From the NCBI GenBank assembly GCA_018304465.1, contig JAGVWC010000008.1:96001-160000 (forward strand): 64,000 nucleotides of DNA. Reading direction: 5' to 3'. This document shows positions 9,459-18,210 of this stretch, one piece after another. The notes beneath the pieces were generated by a model. It saw only the letters and a program-made list of their open reading frames with translations. It was not told the origin of the DNA and did not search any database. The position numbers were made by a program, and so were the translations under genes. Numbering within the stretch: the stretch's first letter is position 1; every line of letters starts with the position of its first letter. The DNA comes from Candidatus Iainarchaeum sp. (GTDB lineage Archaea; Iainarchaeota; Iainarchaeia; Iainarchaeales; JAGVWC01).

Positions 9459-11156
9459 ATGCGCGTAACCGCAGTTCTATTGACCGTGCTTTTTTTCACC
9501 GCGACCGCCTGCGCACAACTCGAAATCAACCCCAACACCGTCGGAGAAATGAAAGCGCACGTGCAAATGCATGTTTCCGGCGGGTTTTCCGGAGACCTCA
9601 CCAGCCAAGATACCATGACCATCAAACTGCTCACGTTCCAAAACTATCCGGGACAAACCGTCGAGCAAAACAGCGAAAAACTCGTGATTCAAAACCAAAC
9701 CATCGAACCCCGATACGAAACCATCGAAGGAAACCGATACGCCGTATTCGAACTCAAAAACCTCGTGCAATACCTCCAAGACCCGTCGTTTGACATCTAT
9801 TCAGACGCCATCATCAAAACCCGCGCGCGATTCGCGCTCCACCAGGATTACAACTTGACACGACCCATGACCGAAAACACCGAATTCATTTTGCCCAGCG
9901 ATTACATCGAGTCGGATGATGCCACTTTATCCGCCAAAGTCCAACTCGAATTCCAAAGCGCCTCGGAACTCGAAACCATCCGACACATCACGGAATGGGT
10001 GCACGAAAACATCGCGTACGATTACGGAACCTATTACAACGGCGTGTGGAGCGCGCGACAAACATACGAAAACCGCGCCGGAGTATGCGACGAATTCGCG
10101 AATCTCACCGCCGCTTTTTTACGGATCAAAAAAATCCCCACCCGATACGTCACCGGCATCAGTTTTGACGGACAACGATTCGGGAACCATGGTTGGACCG
10201 AAAGCTACTTGCCCGGAACCGGCTGGATCGGAGTCGACGCCACGTACGGAGAAGCCGGATACCTCGACGCCATGCACGTCGCGCTTGGAAAAACCACCGA
10301 CACGAACCAACTCAAAAACGTGCTGATTTTCACCACGTCGGTGAATGGAATCGACGTCACCGCAAGCCTTCAAGACCCCTACGTGGACCTCAATTCCCTT
10401 GAATTCCAGACGATCAGCAATCTTGTGGTGCTTCGATTCATCCAGCATCCCCGCGCCGGACTCAACCAAAACATCCAGTTCCAAGCCGAACTCACCAACC
10501 TCACCGACAGCACGATTATCATTCCAGCGGAACTCGCGTTACACCCCGATTTTTCCATCAGCCAAGGATCCAAACAAATCCTGTTGCTTCCCAACGAAAA
10601 AAAAACCGTTTCCTGGACCGCCACCACCCCAAAAACCGGAAAACCCGGTTACATCACGACATACGGAGTACGCCTCGCATTACCCGATCAAACCATCGAA
10701 AGCAAAATCGAAATCCGCCCCGACGTAAAAGTCAATGACCCCATTTCCCAAGACGCGATCCAAGTACTGGATGTGAGCCCCATGGTCGAAAACGACGCGT
10801 TTACGATTCAAACCCAAATTCAAAACACCAGCACCAAAACCATTCCCGTAACCATCGAACTGGTCCAAGGAACCCGACGCGTCCAATCCCAAGCACCCAT
10901 CGAACCCCAGCAAACCCTTCGAATGAATGTCCGGTTTCCCGACCCGGTTCCCGGTTCGCTTTTGGTTTCCATTCAAGGCGACAAAAACCACGCGTATTCT
11001 TTTATGATTCCCGAACCCAAACCCGCTTCAAAACCCGATCCGGACACCCCGCCCGATTCCAACATTCAAACACCCGCACCACCGGAAGAAACCAATTCGT
11101 TTTTGGACGCTTTGTGGAACGCGCTGAAAAACTTTTTCAAAGCGATTTTCGGATAA
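9459..11156 (+). CDS. secreted transglutaminase-like domain protein
   Basis: Signal peptide; GVCDEFA, HGWTE, WIGVDAT Cys-His-Asp triad. Confidence 0.9.
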   Translation: MRVTAVLLTVLFFTATACAQLEINPNTVGEMKAHVQMHVSGGFSGDLTSQDTMTIKLLTFQNYPGQTVEQNSEKLVIQNQTIEPRYETIEGNRYAVFELKNLVQYLQDPSFDIYSDAIIKTRARFALHQDYNLTRPMTENTEFILPSDYIESDDATLSAKVQLEFQSASELETIRHITEWVHENIAYDYGTYYNGVWSARQTYENRAGVCDEFANLTAAFLRIKKIPTRYVTGISFDGQRFGNHGWTESYLPGTGWIGVDATYGEAGYLDAMHVALGKTTDTNQLKNVLIFTTSVNGIDVTASLQDPYVDLNSLEFQTISNLVVLRFIQHPRAGLNQNIQFQAELTNLTDSTIIIPAELALHPDFSISQGSKQILLLPNEKKTVSWTATTPKTGKPGYITTYGVRLALPDQTIESKIEIRPDVKVNDPISQDAIQVLDVSPMVENDAFTIQTQIQNTSTKTIPVTIELVQGTRRVQSQAPIEPQQTLRMNVRFPDPVPGSLLVSIQGDKNHAYSFMIPEPKPASKPDPDTPPDSNIQTPAPPEETNSFLDALWNALKNFFKAIFG

Positions 11157-11216
11157 TAGTAAAAGCATTAAAAAGGTTCTTTAGGCAGAAATAGATAGAA
11201 CACGAATTATTGAAAA

Positions 11217-11287
11217 GCGCTCGTTGTTTAATGGTAGAATGCGACGTTGCCAACGTCGTGGCCCGGGTCCGATTCCCGGCGGGCGCA
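11217..11287 (+). tRNA. tRNA-Gly(GCC)
   Basis: GCGCTCG/CGGGCGC acceptor, CGACG-ttGCCaa-CGTCG. Confidence 0.93.
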
Positions 11288-11297
11288 CACATATTTT

Positions 11298-12023
11298 TTA
11301 TCGCGGCTTCATCGCGATCAACCGCACGAAAGGTTTTTCCGAATACATCAAATCCGGATCCGACAACATCCGCTCCACCGCTTTTCGGCCTTCCGGAGTC
11401 TGATTCCCTTTTCGAGCCAAAAGCTTTTGACGCACCGCTTGAATGGAAACCCGTTTGTCATGGTCCAGTGCCGCCTGAAAAGATTTTGCGGTCAACGTCA
11501 GTCTAAGCAAGCGAATGTTTTTTGCCATATCCAGTTTCGCTTGCGCGTTCATTTTGCTGTTTTCGCTTCCGATGCCAAGCAATTCCCTGGGCGTCAACCG
11601 CTTCATCTTGACGACAAAACCCGCGGCCACCAATTCGGACCGAAACTGCGGACCGTAATGCGCCTCGTCCACCGTGGTAAAACGCGCGCCCGGTTGAAGG
11701 GTTCGAAACAATTCCGCGTGCAATTTTTTTCGGACTTCAAAACCGACGTGTTGCAGCAAAAAATGCGCGTACACATGCGAAAAATAATTCGCGGGACGCG
11801 CCAAAAGATACGCCACCGCATCGGTTTTGCTCAAAACCGTCAAATTCGTCGGTTTTTCCTTCGCGCCTCTTTCACGCAACAAACGCCCATAATCCACTTT
11901 CGGCAAAGAATCCACGCCGACGAATTCCGTTTTCGAATGACGGGGATTTAGGGCAAAATCAACGATTTTCGACGGCCAAAGCCCTGTCCCAAGCTCTCCT
12001 ACCCGACGAACCCGACGCACCAT
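11298..12023 (-). CDS. basic orphan with divergent class I SAM-methyltransferase-like fold
   Basis: VGELGTG (motif I), FVGVD (motif II), FSHVYAHFLLQHV, LFRTLQPGARF. Confidence 0.65.
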   Translation of the reverse strand: MVRRVRRVGELGTGLWPSKIVDFALNPRHSKTEFVGVDSLPKVDYGRLLRERGAKEKPTNLTVLSKTDAVAYLLARPANYFSHVYAHFLLQHVGFEVRKKLHAELFRTLQPGARFTTVDEAHYGPQFRSELVAAGFVVKMKRLTPRELLGIGSENSKMNAQAKLDMAKNIRLLRLTLTAKSFQAALDHDKRVSIQAVRQKLLARKGNQTPEGRKAVERMLSDPDLMYSEKPFVRLIAMKPR

Positions 12024-12024
12024 G

Positions 12025-12729
12025 TCATCCATCCGATTTTTTCAAAAACGGTTCCAGTTTTTTCCAGATCTCGACCCCGATTTCTTCTTTCGAACGGATC
12101 ACCCATTCTCCGTCCTCCAAAAAAGCGCAATCGATCCAAATCCAATTCGAATCCTCTTTCGCCAATCGTTTGTAAATCTCGAACGTCCGGTTCAAATACG
12201 CTTCATCGGACTCGTGAACGTCTTTTGTTTTTCCCTTGCGATACTCTTGTTTTCGGTCCGCGCCTTCCAGCATCGAACGGCTGGCCTTGGGCGGAAGATT
12301 CAAAAAAATCGTCTTGAACGGCTTTGGCAAACGCGACTCGACGCCTTTAACCCACTTGATAAAACCGTCTTGATCCGGCTTGGACAAATACTTTCCGCCT
12401 TGATGCGCGAAATTGGAGGCCGAAAAACGATCGCACACGACGTTGATTCCCAGATTCAATCGGCGCTCCAATTCAATCTTGAAATCATACCGATCCAGGG
12501 CATACAATAGCGCCACGAACTCGGGAGACAGCTCCTCTTTTGTCCCAAACTCGCCCGCCAGATACTGCCCCACCAGTCGACCAAAACGCTCGGTGTACCG
12601 CGGAAACCCCGAATGCTCCGCCACAAACCCTTTGCGCTGCAACCGGTCCAACAACAATTTTGATTGCGTGGCTTTTCCAGACCCGTCCGTTCCCTCAAAA
12701 ACAATCAATCGACCCGTCAAATCCATCAC
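12025..12729 (-). CDS. tmk: thymidylate kinase
   Basis: LIVFEGTDGSGKATQ, FPRY, VCDRF. Confidence 0.92.
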   Translation of the reverse strand: MMDLTGRLIVFEGTDGSGKATQSKLLLDRLQRKGFVAEHSGFPRYTERFGRLVGQYLAGEFGTKEELSPEFVALLYALDRYDFKIELERRLNLGINVVCDRFSASNFAHQGGKYLSKPDQDGFIKWVKGVESRLPKPFKTIFLNLPPKASRSMLEGADRKQEYRKGKTKDVHESDEAYLNRTFEIYKRLAKEDSNWIWIDCAFLEDGEWVIRSKEEIGVEIWKKLEPFLKKSDG

Positions 12730-12807
12730 CGACTATAAAACCGAAGATACCATCAATAAAAAGTATTAAAATGATTCCCGAAACCAAGATGTATACCACT
12801 GTTTTTC

Positions 12808-12878
12808 GCGTTCGTGGTCTAGCGGTATGATGAGAGCCTTCCAAGCTCTGGGTCCGGGTTCAACTCCCGGCGGACGCA
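12808..12878 (+). tRNA. tRNA-Gly(TCC)
   Basis: GCGTTCG/CGGACGC acceptor, AGAGC-ctTCCaa-GCTCT. Confidence 0.95.
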
Positions 12879-12995
12879 TTCTTTTACCAAAGAAAAAAAA
12901 TAACCCGATTTTGCTGCATAATATTACGCCACCCCTTTTGATGGTGCTTGTTTAAAAAGTTCTGGAAGTGGGTTTTTGTTTAAAAAAATAGGGCC

Positions 12996-13607
12996 CTAGT
13001 TTTTATCGGTTGCGCGTCGTCCCGGGCTTTTTCGGCGTTCTGCATATTTCAGAGGACCATAGCGCTTGCCGCCCTTATCCCGCTTTCGTCGTTCAGTTAA
13101 ATACATTTTTCCTACCTGTACGCGGGGAACAGTGCGGCCCTTCCCCGAACCGATACCTTCGGGCACGTACAGTTTTCCTTTGTATTCTATCTTATGAAAT
13201 CGTCTTTTATTTTTTAAAGATTGGAAATCCTTTTTGTCCATTACAATAATCCGATTCTGTGAGCCGCGTCGTGTAAAAGATCTCCCTTGTTTTTCGTCTT
13301 GCTGGATTTGTTTCAAGAGTGCTTCCTTTGCCCCGTTTGGAATCTCCGCGTACCACTTAACAATCCCCCGTTGCGATTGTCGGCGTTCGTTTCCAGACCG
13401 CCGCGTAATGGTTTCTTTTCTTCTATCCACTTTTCCGGTTCGTCTTTCTCCTTGCCGTCGGTTGTTCGTCGCGCCTTCCTGTTGCCGCCAATAAATCGGC
13501 ACTATTCCACCTTCATTTGGGCGGGTAACTGTGCCTATGCTATTAATCTTGACTCTGCGTTCGACCATTCTTCTGTCGCCCACTTTTTTGGCAATTGGTT
13601 TTGACAT
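12996..13607 (-). CDS. basic orphan with tandem [D/E/N]RR repeats
   Basis: GDRRMVERR, NNRRQGERRTGKVDRR, TRRSGNERR, AERRKSPGRRATD. Confidence 0.75.
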   Translation of the reverse strand: MSKPIAKKVGDRRMVERRVKINSIGTVTRPNEGGIVPIYWRQQEGATNNRRQGERRTGKVDRRKETITRRSGNERRQSQRGIVKWYAEIPNGAKEALLKQIQQDEKQGRSFTRRGSQNRIIVMDKKDFQSLKNKRRFHKIEYKGKLYVPEGIGSGKGRTVPRVQVGKMYLTERRKRDKGGKRYGPLKYAERRKSPGRRATDKN

Positions 13608-13743
13608 AATGCAAAATAAAGGCACTTGCTATTTTTAACGTTGCTGGCTTTTAAACAACCGCGCCTGGTTTTGCCTTCCAATATTACTCCCCAACCCCTT
13701 TCGACCCATACGTCTAAAAATACCGAAATACACAATACAAAGC

Positions 13744-14532
13744 ATGCCAAAGCCACGAAAAGAAAGACCCGGTGGAAAAGAAAACAGAAAAAAAAAGGCC
13801 ATTCAAGCATTTCGGGACGCACATGACCGATTCGTTAAATCACAACAACAGTACCGAATCGAACAAAAAAAATACCGCTTATTGCTTGAATCCGAAAAGT
13901 GGCTTTCCCCTTTGCGAATGGCCCGACACGGAAACCAACTGGCTTGGCGCGCGATTACTTCGCTTCAACACGAGCAAGAATTCCATAACGCGATGTTTCG
14001 CTTGGCGATCGATTATCCCGATACCATCCGGTTACCGGATTGGATCAATCGCCGCATGATCGAAGCCGCCGCGAACCTGGAAGAAATGGAAACACTTCGC
14101 GACGAAAGCCAGCGAAACTTTAATTCGTTCCGAGAAATCTGGAAAGTCGCAGTCCCGCGTCTCGTCAAAGCCGTCAAAGCCACTCCCAGATACGAACAAC
14201 TGCGAATGCACCTGCGCGAAAAACGCAAGCTGGCGGTTCAAGCGGAAGAAAGCTTCGACCAGTTCGCGCAAAAAATCTGGGCGGACCCCAAAATTTCAGA
14301 TCCGCAAAAAGTCCGGTCGCTTGCGGAAGCCGAAACCTTCGTTTCCAACGCCAAAATGGTCCAAGAAGAAACCGAAATTCATTTTATTCAATTCGCACGC
14401 GCCGTCGCGGTAAAAGTGAACGCCTCCCACGGACCCAAAATCTCGCAAAGCCTCATCGATGAACTCGCACGACAGATATACACCCACCGGCAACTGGCCA
14501 GAATTTACTCTACTCGCGGAAGGACCCGATGA
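13744..14532 (+). CDS. basic helical orphan protein
   Basis: 262 aa, MPKPRKERPGGKENRKKK...; ATGA overlap with rnp4. Confidence 0.75.
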   Translation: MPKPRKERPGGKENRKKKAIQAFRDAHDRFVKSQQQYRIEQKKYRLLLESEKWLSPLRMARHGNQLAWRAITSLQHEQEFHNAMFRLAIDYPDTIRLPDWINRRMIEAAANLEEMETLRDESQRNFNSFREIWKVAVPRLVKAVKATPRYEQLRMHLREKRKLAVQAEESFDQFAQKIWADPKISDPQKVRSLAEAETFVSNAKMVQEETEIHFIQFARAVAVKVNASHGPKISQSLIDELARQIYTHRQLARIYSTRGRTR

Positions 14533-14855
14533 ACAAACCCAAAACCAAAAACTTCGTCGAACAACTCGCCACCGAGCGAATCGAGCGATTGTTCCAGCTT
14601 GCCTCCGAAGAATTTTCCTACAATCCGCACTACAGCCACGAATGGACAAAACTCGCGCTACGCATCGGAACCCGAAACCGCGTGCGGATGCCCGATCAAC
14701 TCAAAACCGCGTACTGCAAAAAATGCCGCTCGTTTTTGGTCGAAGGAAAAAACAAGGCAACAACCGTCCAAAAAAACTGGATTATGATTGAATGCCAAGA
14801 ATGCCACCAGCGGTTCAAGCGGAAAAAACCATTAAATACCACGCGACCGCAATAA
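14529..14855 (+). CDS. rnp4: RNase P protein Rpp21
   Basis: ATERIERLF, RVRMP..LK.AYCKKC...CQEC zinc ribbon. Confidence 0.92.
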   Translation: MNKPKTKNFVEQLATERIERLFQLASEEFSYNPHYSHEWTKLALRIGTRNRVRMPDQLKTAYCKKCRSFLVEGKNKATTVQKNWIMIECQECHQRFKRKKPLNTTRPQ

Positions 14856-14879
14856 CAGCACGAACCCAACGCGATTCTT

Positions 14880-15071
14880 ATGACAGACGAAACCATTCCC
14901 ATTTTCCCGAACAATACGGAACCGGAACCCAAAGAAAAAAAATGTTTAAACGAAAACATGAGCAGAACAGTACAAGAAACGAATCCAAAATATAAAAAAC
15001 TTGGCCAAAAAACGCGTTTTGACCGCGATTTTGGACACCCGAATACGTTTAAAAACCTGTTTGAAGATTAA
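14880..15071 (+). CDS. small hypothetical protein
   Basis: 63-aa ATG ORF after rnp4; no motif. Confidence 0.35.
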   Translation: MTDETIPIFPNNTEPEPKEKKCLNENMSRTVQETNPKYKKLGQKTRFDRDFGHPNTFKNLFED

Positions 15072-15089
15072 GTAGTAATACAAAAAACC

Positions 15090-15146
15090 GCTTTTTTGGT
15101 TTCCTTTTAAAGGTCAAGCCAAAGTGCCGAAAGGCGCAAAAAAAGC
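15090..15146 (+). promoter_or_regulatory. candidate structured 5' leader of the rps19e operon
   Basis: GCTTTTTT/AAAAAAGC closing stem enclosing two hairpins, one GTGCC-GAAA-GGCGC; TTTAAAAA box at about 15048. Confidence 0.45.
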
Positions 15147-15185
15147 ACTTGTAATTCAATCATTTTTCTAGCCGAGGAACCTATC

Positions 15186-15776
15186 ATGAAAAAAGTGACC
15201 GCATTCGACGTGCCCAGCGCACTGCTCATTGAAGACATTGCCGCCCAATTAACCCAAAGCCCGGGATTCAAACAACCCGCATTTATTGAATTCGTTAAAA
15301 GCGGCGCCCACCGAGAACGCGCGCCTAGCCGAGCCGATTGGTACTCGATCCGAATGGCATCTGTTTTGTACCGCGTCTACAAAGACGGTCCCCTTGGAAC
15401 CGAATCCTTACGAACCTATTACGGCGGACGAAAAAACCGCGGTGTTCGACCCCACAAATTTACCAAAGCATCCGGAAAAGTCATCCGATTATGCCTTCAA
15501 ACCCTTGAAAAAGAAGGATTCATCAAAAAAGCCAAAAAAGGACGCGAAGTCACTGGCAAAGGCCAAGCGCTTTTAACCAAAACCGCCAATGACCTTTACC
15601 CGAACATCGAAAACCGGGTCAAGCAAATGGTCGAAAATCGAAAAGCAAGACACGTCGAACGACTCAATCGCGAACGCGAAACCAAAGCCGCCGGAGCCAT
15701 GACGAAGCGACCGGAAGACGACAGAAAAAAAGACGGTAAAAAGTCGGACCGACCCAAAAAAGAAGGCAAAGAATAA
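15186..15776 (+). CDS. rps19e: 30S ribosomal protein S19e
   Basis: FVKSGAHRERAP..DWY.IRMAS...YGGRKNRGVRP...ASGKVIR. Confidence 0.96.
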   Translation: MKKVTAFDVPSALLIEDIAAQLTQSPGFKQPAFIEFVKSGAHRERAPSRADWYSIRMASVLYRVYKDGPLGTESLRTYYGGRKNRGVRPHKFTKASGKVIRLCLQTLEKEGFIKKAKKGREVTGKGQALLTKTANDLYPNIENRVKQMVENRKARHVERLNRERETKAAGAMTKRPEDDRKKDGKKSDRPKKEGKE

Positions 15777-16100
15777 ATGAACGATGAAACCGACGAATCG
15801 TTTTCGAACACCAAAGAGGAGTACAAAAAAAGATTGATGGAAAAACAAGCGCAATCACAAGCCGAACAAGAAACCGCGCAAAAAATCGACGCCTTGTTGC
15901 GATCGATTCTTGAAACCGCGGCCAAAGAACGGTTATCCAACGTGCGCTTGGTCAACCCGGAACTGTATATGAAAGCAACGCAAGCCATATTGTTTCTTGC
16001 GCAAAACAAACAGTTCTCGGGAAAAATCAGCGGAGAACAACTCAAACAAATATTGCAACGATTAAGCCAAAAACGAGAAACCAGCATCAAACGAAAATAA
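15777..16100 (+). CDS. PDCD5-like dsDNA-binding protein
   Basis: LRSILETAAKERLSNVRLVNPE...LKQILQRL; usual position after rps19e. Confidence 0.9.
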   Translation: MNDETDESFSNTKEEYKKRLMEKQAQSQAEQETAQKIDALLRSILETAAKERLSNVRLVNPELYMKATQAILFLAQNKQFSGKISGEQLKQILQRLSQKRETSIKRK

Positions 16101-16115
16101 AAAAAGGGATGAACT

Positions 16116-16394
16116 ATGGGAAGCCGAAAAACACAGGAAGAAAAAGATTTCTTAATTACGATCCGCCGAAAAATCAGCGATCGCTTAAGCCCCGCGCCCG
16201 TCTGGGTCACCGTCAAAAGCGGCAAGCGGCATTACAATCAAAAACAACGCCGACACTGGCGAGAAACCCACCTGATGCTGGAATTCGCGGCGCAAAACAA
16301 GAAAACCGCGGGAATCAAAACCAAAACCCAACAACGCAAAAAAATCCGGTCGCAAATCAAGAAATACAACAAAAAAACCGGAGAACGACGATAA
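16116..16394 (+). CDS. rpl39e: 50S ribosomal protein L39e with C-terminal extension
   Basis: PVWVTVKS...RRHWR core; position before L31e. Confidence 0.82.
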   Translation: MGSRKTQEEKDFLITIRRKISDRLSPAPVWVTVKSGKRHYNQKQRRHWRETHLMLEFAAQNKKTAGIKTKTQQRKKIRSQIKKYNKKTGERR

Positions 16395-16412
16395 ATTTAC
16401 GAGTGATTGAAA

Positions 16413-16886
16413 ATGGCTCCAAAAAAGAAAACAGAAACCCAAACCAGAACCCTGACGATTTCGCTTGCCCAAGCACGACGCGCCTCGGCAAAAAAACGCG
16501 CGAACAAAGCGATCAGCGTGATCCGAAACGACATCAAAAAACACACGCGACAAAAAATCGCCAACATCCGTCTCTCCGATGGAATCAACCGGGAAATCTG
16601 GAGCCAATCCACGTTTAACATTCCCGCGCGCATCACCGTTTCTCTTTTGGTCGAAAAAGAAACCGTCCGCGCGTTCCTTGAAAAAACCAAGGAAATAGAC
16701 GCCTATTTGAAAACCAAAGACGCCAAGGAAAAAGCAAAGAAAAAAGAAGAAGCCAATGCCAAAGAAGAAGAGAAAAAAGAACCCGCCGAAAAAAAAGAAG
16801 AAGCGGCCAAAGAAGAGGAAAAAGAGCAAAAACTGGCGGAAAAAAAGGCCAAGGAAGACAACGCCAGGGCCGCAGAACTGAAGTAA
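16413..16886 (+). CDS. rpl31e: 50S ribosomal protein L31e with K/E-rich tail
   Basis: TISL...KRANKAI..IR...INREIWS...P.RI.V. Confidence 0.88.
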   Translation: MAPKKKTETQTRTLTISLAQARRASAKKRANKAISVIRNDIKKHTRQKIANIRLSDGINREIWSQSTFNIPARITVSLLVEKETVRAFLEKTKEIDAYLKTKDAKEKAKKKEEANAKEEEKKEPAEKKEEAAKEEEKEQKLAEKKAKEDNARAAELK

Positions 16887-16894
16887 GGAACCCC

Positions 16895-17551
16895 ATGCGC
16901 GTCCAAAAACTATCCATTCGAGGCAGCCCCTTTGTCGGAGTGTTTCTCAAAGCAACAGACAAATTCTGCCTGGTTCCCGACGGATTGATTCCCAAAGACA
17001 AAAAAACGATTCAAAACATCCTCGGCGTCGAACCGATCGAAACCCGCATCGCGAACGCGTCCATCATCGGCGTGCTCTGCATCGCCAACCAAAACCGCGT
17101 CTGCTTACCCAGCATGGTGGAACAAAAAGAAATCGACGCGTTGGAAAAAACCGGAATCAAAACCAGCGTGATTCCAACGGTCGAAGCCATCGGAAACATG
17201 GTGTCGATCAACGACCATATCGGGCTCTGCGGAAACGCGTTGCGCGAAGAAACCCGCAAAACCCTTGAACGCGAACTCAACATCCCCATTGAACGCGTGA
17301 CGATCGCCGGATCCGATCTCGCCGGAAGCGCAAGCATTCTGACCAACAAAGGATTCGTTTGCCACCCCAAAACACGACCCGACGAATACAAAATCCTCGA
17401 AGAAAAAACCGGTCTCAAAGGAAACCCGTCAAGCGCCAATTACGGCGACTTGTTCGTCGGAAACAGCGTGACCGCCAACAGTTTCGGCGCGTTGGTCGGA
17501 GAACACACGACCGGATACGAAATGATTGCGATTGACGAAGCACTGTCATAA
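16895..17551 (+). CDS. eif6: translation initiation factor aIF6
   Basis: GSPFVGVF, TIAGSDLAGS, NKGFVCHP, ANSFGALVG..TTGYE. Confidence 0.95.
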   Translation: MRVQKLSIRGSPFVGVFLKATDKFCLVPDGLIPKDKKTIQNILGVEPIETRIANASIIGVLCIANQNRVCLPSMVEQKEIDALEKTGIKTSVIPTVEAIGNMVSINDHIGLCGNALREETRKTLERELNIPIERVTIAGSDLAGSASILTNKGFVCHPKTRPDEYKILEEKTGLKGNPSSANYGDLFVGNSVTANSFGALVGEHTTGYEMIAIDEALS

Positions 17552-17566
17552 AAGAAAGGTGATTCC

Positions 17567-17764
17567 ATGAAAAAACAAACAACCAAAACATTCGAAATCA
17601 AAGGAACCGTACAATTCGGCGAAAAAAACGTGCCGTTTGTCAAAAAAGTCTCAGCCAACAACGCAAACCACGCAAGCGAAAAAGTCTTAACCCTTTTCGG
17701 TTCCAAGAATAAAGTCAAACGGCGATCCATCAACATCACCGAAAGCAAAGAGACCAAGGAATGA
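17567..17764 (+). CDS. rpl18a: 50S ribosomal protein LX/L18Ae (eL20)
   Basis: F.K.VSA.N..HA.EKV...FGSKNKVKRRSI.I. Confidence 0.9.
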   Translation: MKKQTTKTFEIKGTVQFGEKNVPFVKKVSANNANHASEKVLTLFGSKNKVKRRSINITESKETKE

Positions 17765-18201
17765 ACACGATGAGCGAACCAAGACCCATTCAAATGAATT
17801 TTCAGCAAGCCATCCAAATGCTTCAGCAAGAACGCGCTTCGTTTGAAGCATTGCAAGAACGCATGGAAAAATACCGGTTAAACTTAGAAGAAACCCTGAT
17901 CGTTCAAGAAGCATTAAACACCGTTCAAAAGCTCAAAGAAGACAAAAGCGTCAAAATATCGCTTGGAGCAGGAGTCTATATGGACGCCAACCTCGTGACC
18001 ACCGACAAAGTACTCATTACATTGGGCGGCGCCATCCTAAAACCCGCCAGCATTCCCGAAGCCCTCAAAGGCCTTGAAAACCGACAAAAAGAAGCCGAAA
18101 TGGAAATCGCCAAAATATCCGAAGAACAACGCAAACACATGGCCAACATCAACAGTTTAACGCAAGTCGCACGGAGCCTGGGAGACAAAAACCGGCAATG
18201 A
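17761..18201 (+). CDS. pfdA: prefoldin alpha subunit
   Basis: Coiled coils flanking SLGAGVY...KVLITLGG hairpins; operon context. Confidence 0.9.
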   Translation: MNTMSEPRPIQMNFQQAIQMLQQERASFEALQERMEKYRLNLEETLIVQEALNTVQKLKEDKSVKISLGAGVYMDANLVTTDKVLITLGGAILKPASIPEALKGLENRQKEAEMEIAKISEEQRKHMANINSLTQVARSLGDKNRQ

Positions 18202-18210
18202 CGGATTCCC

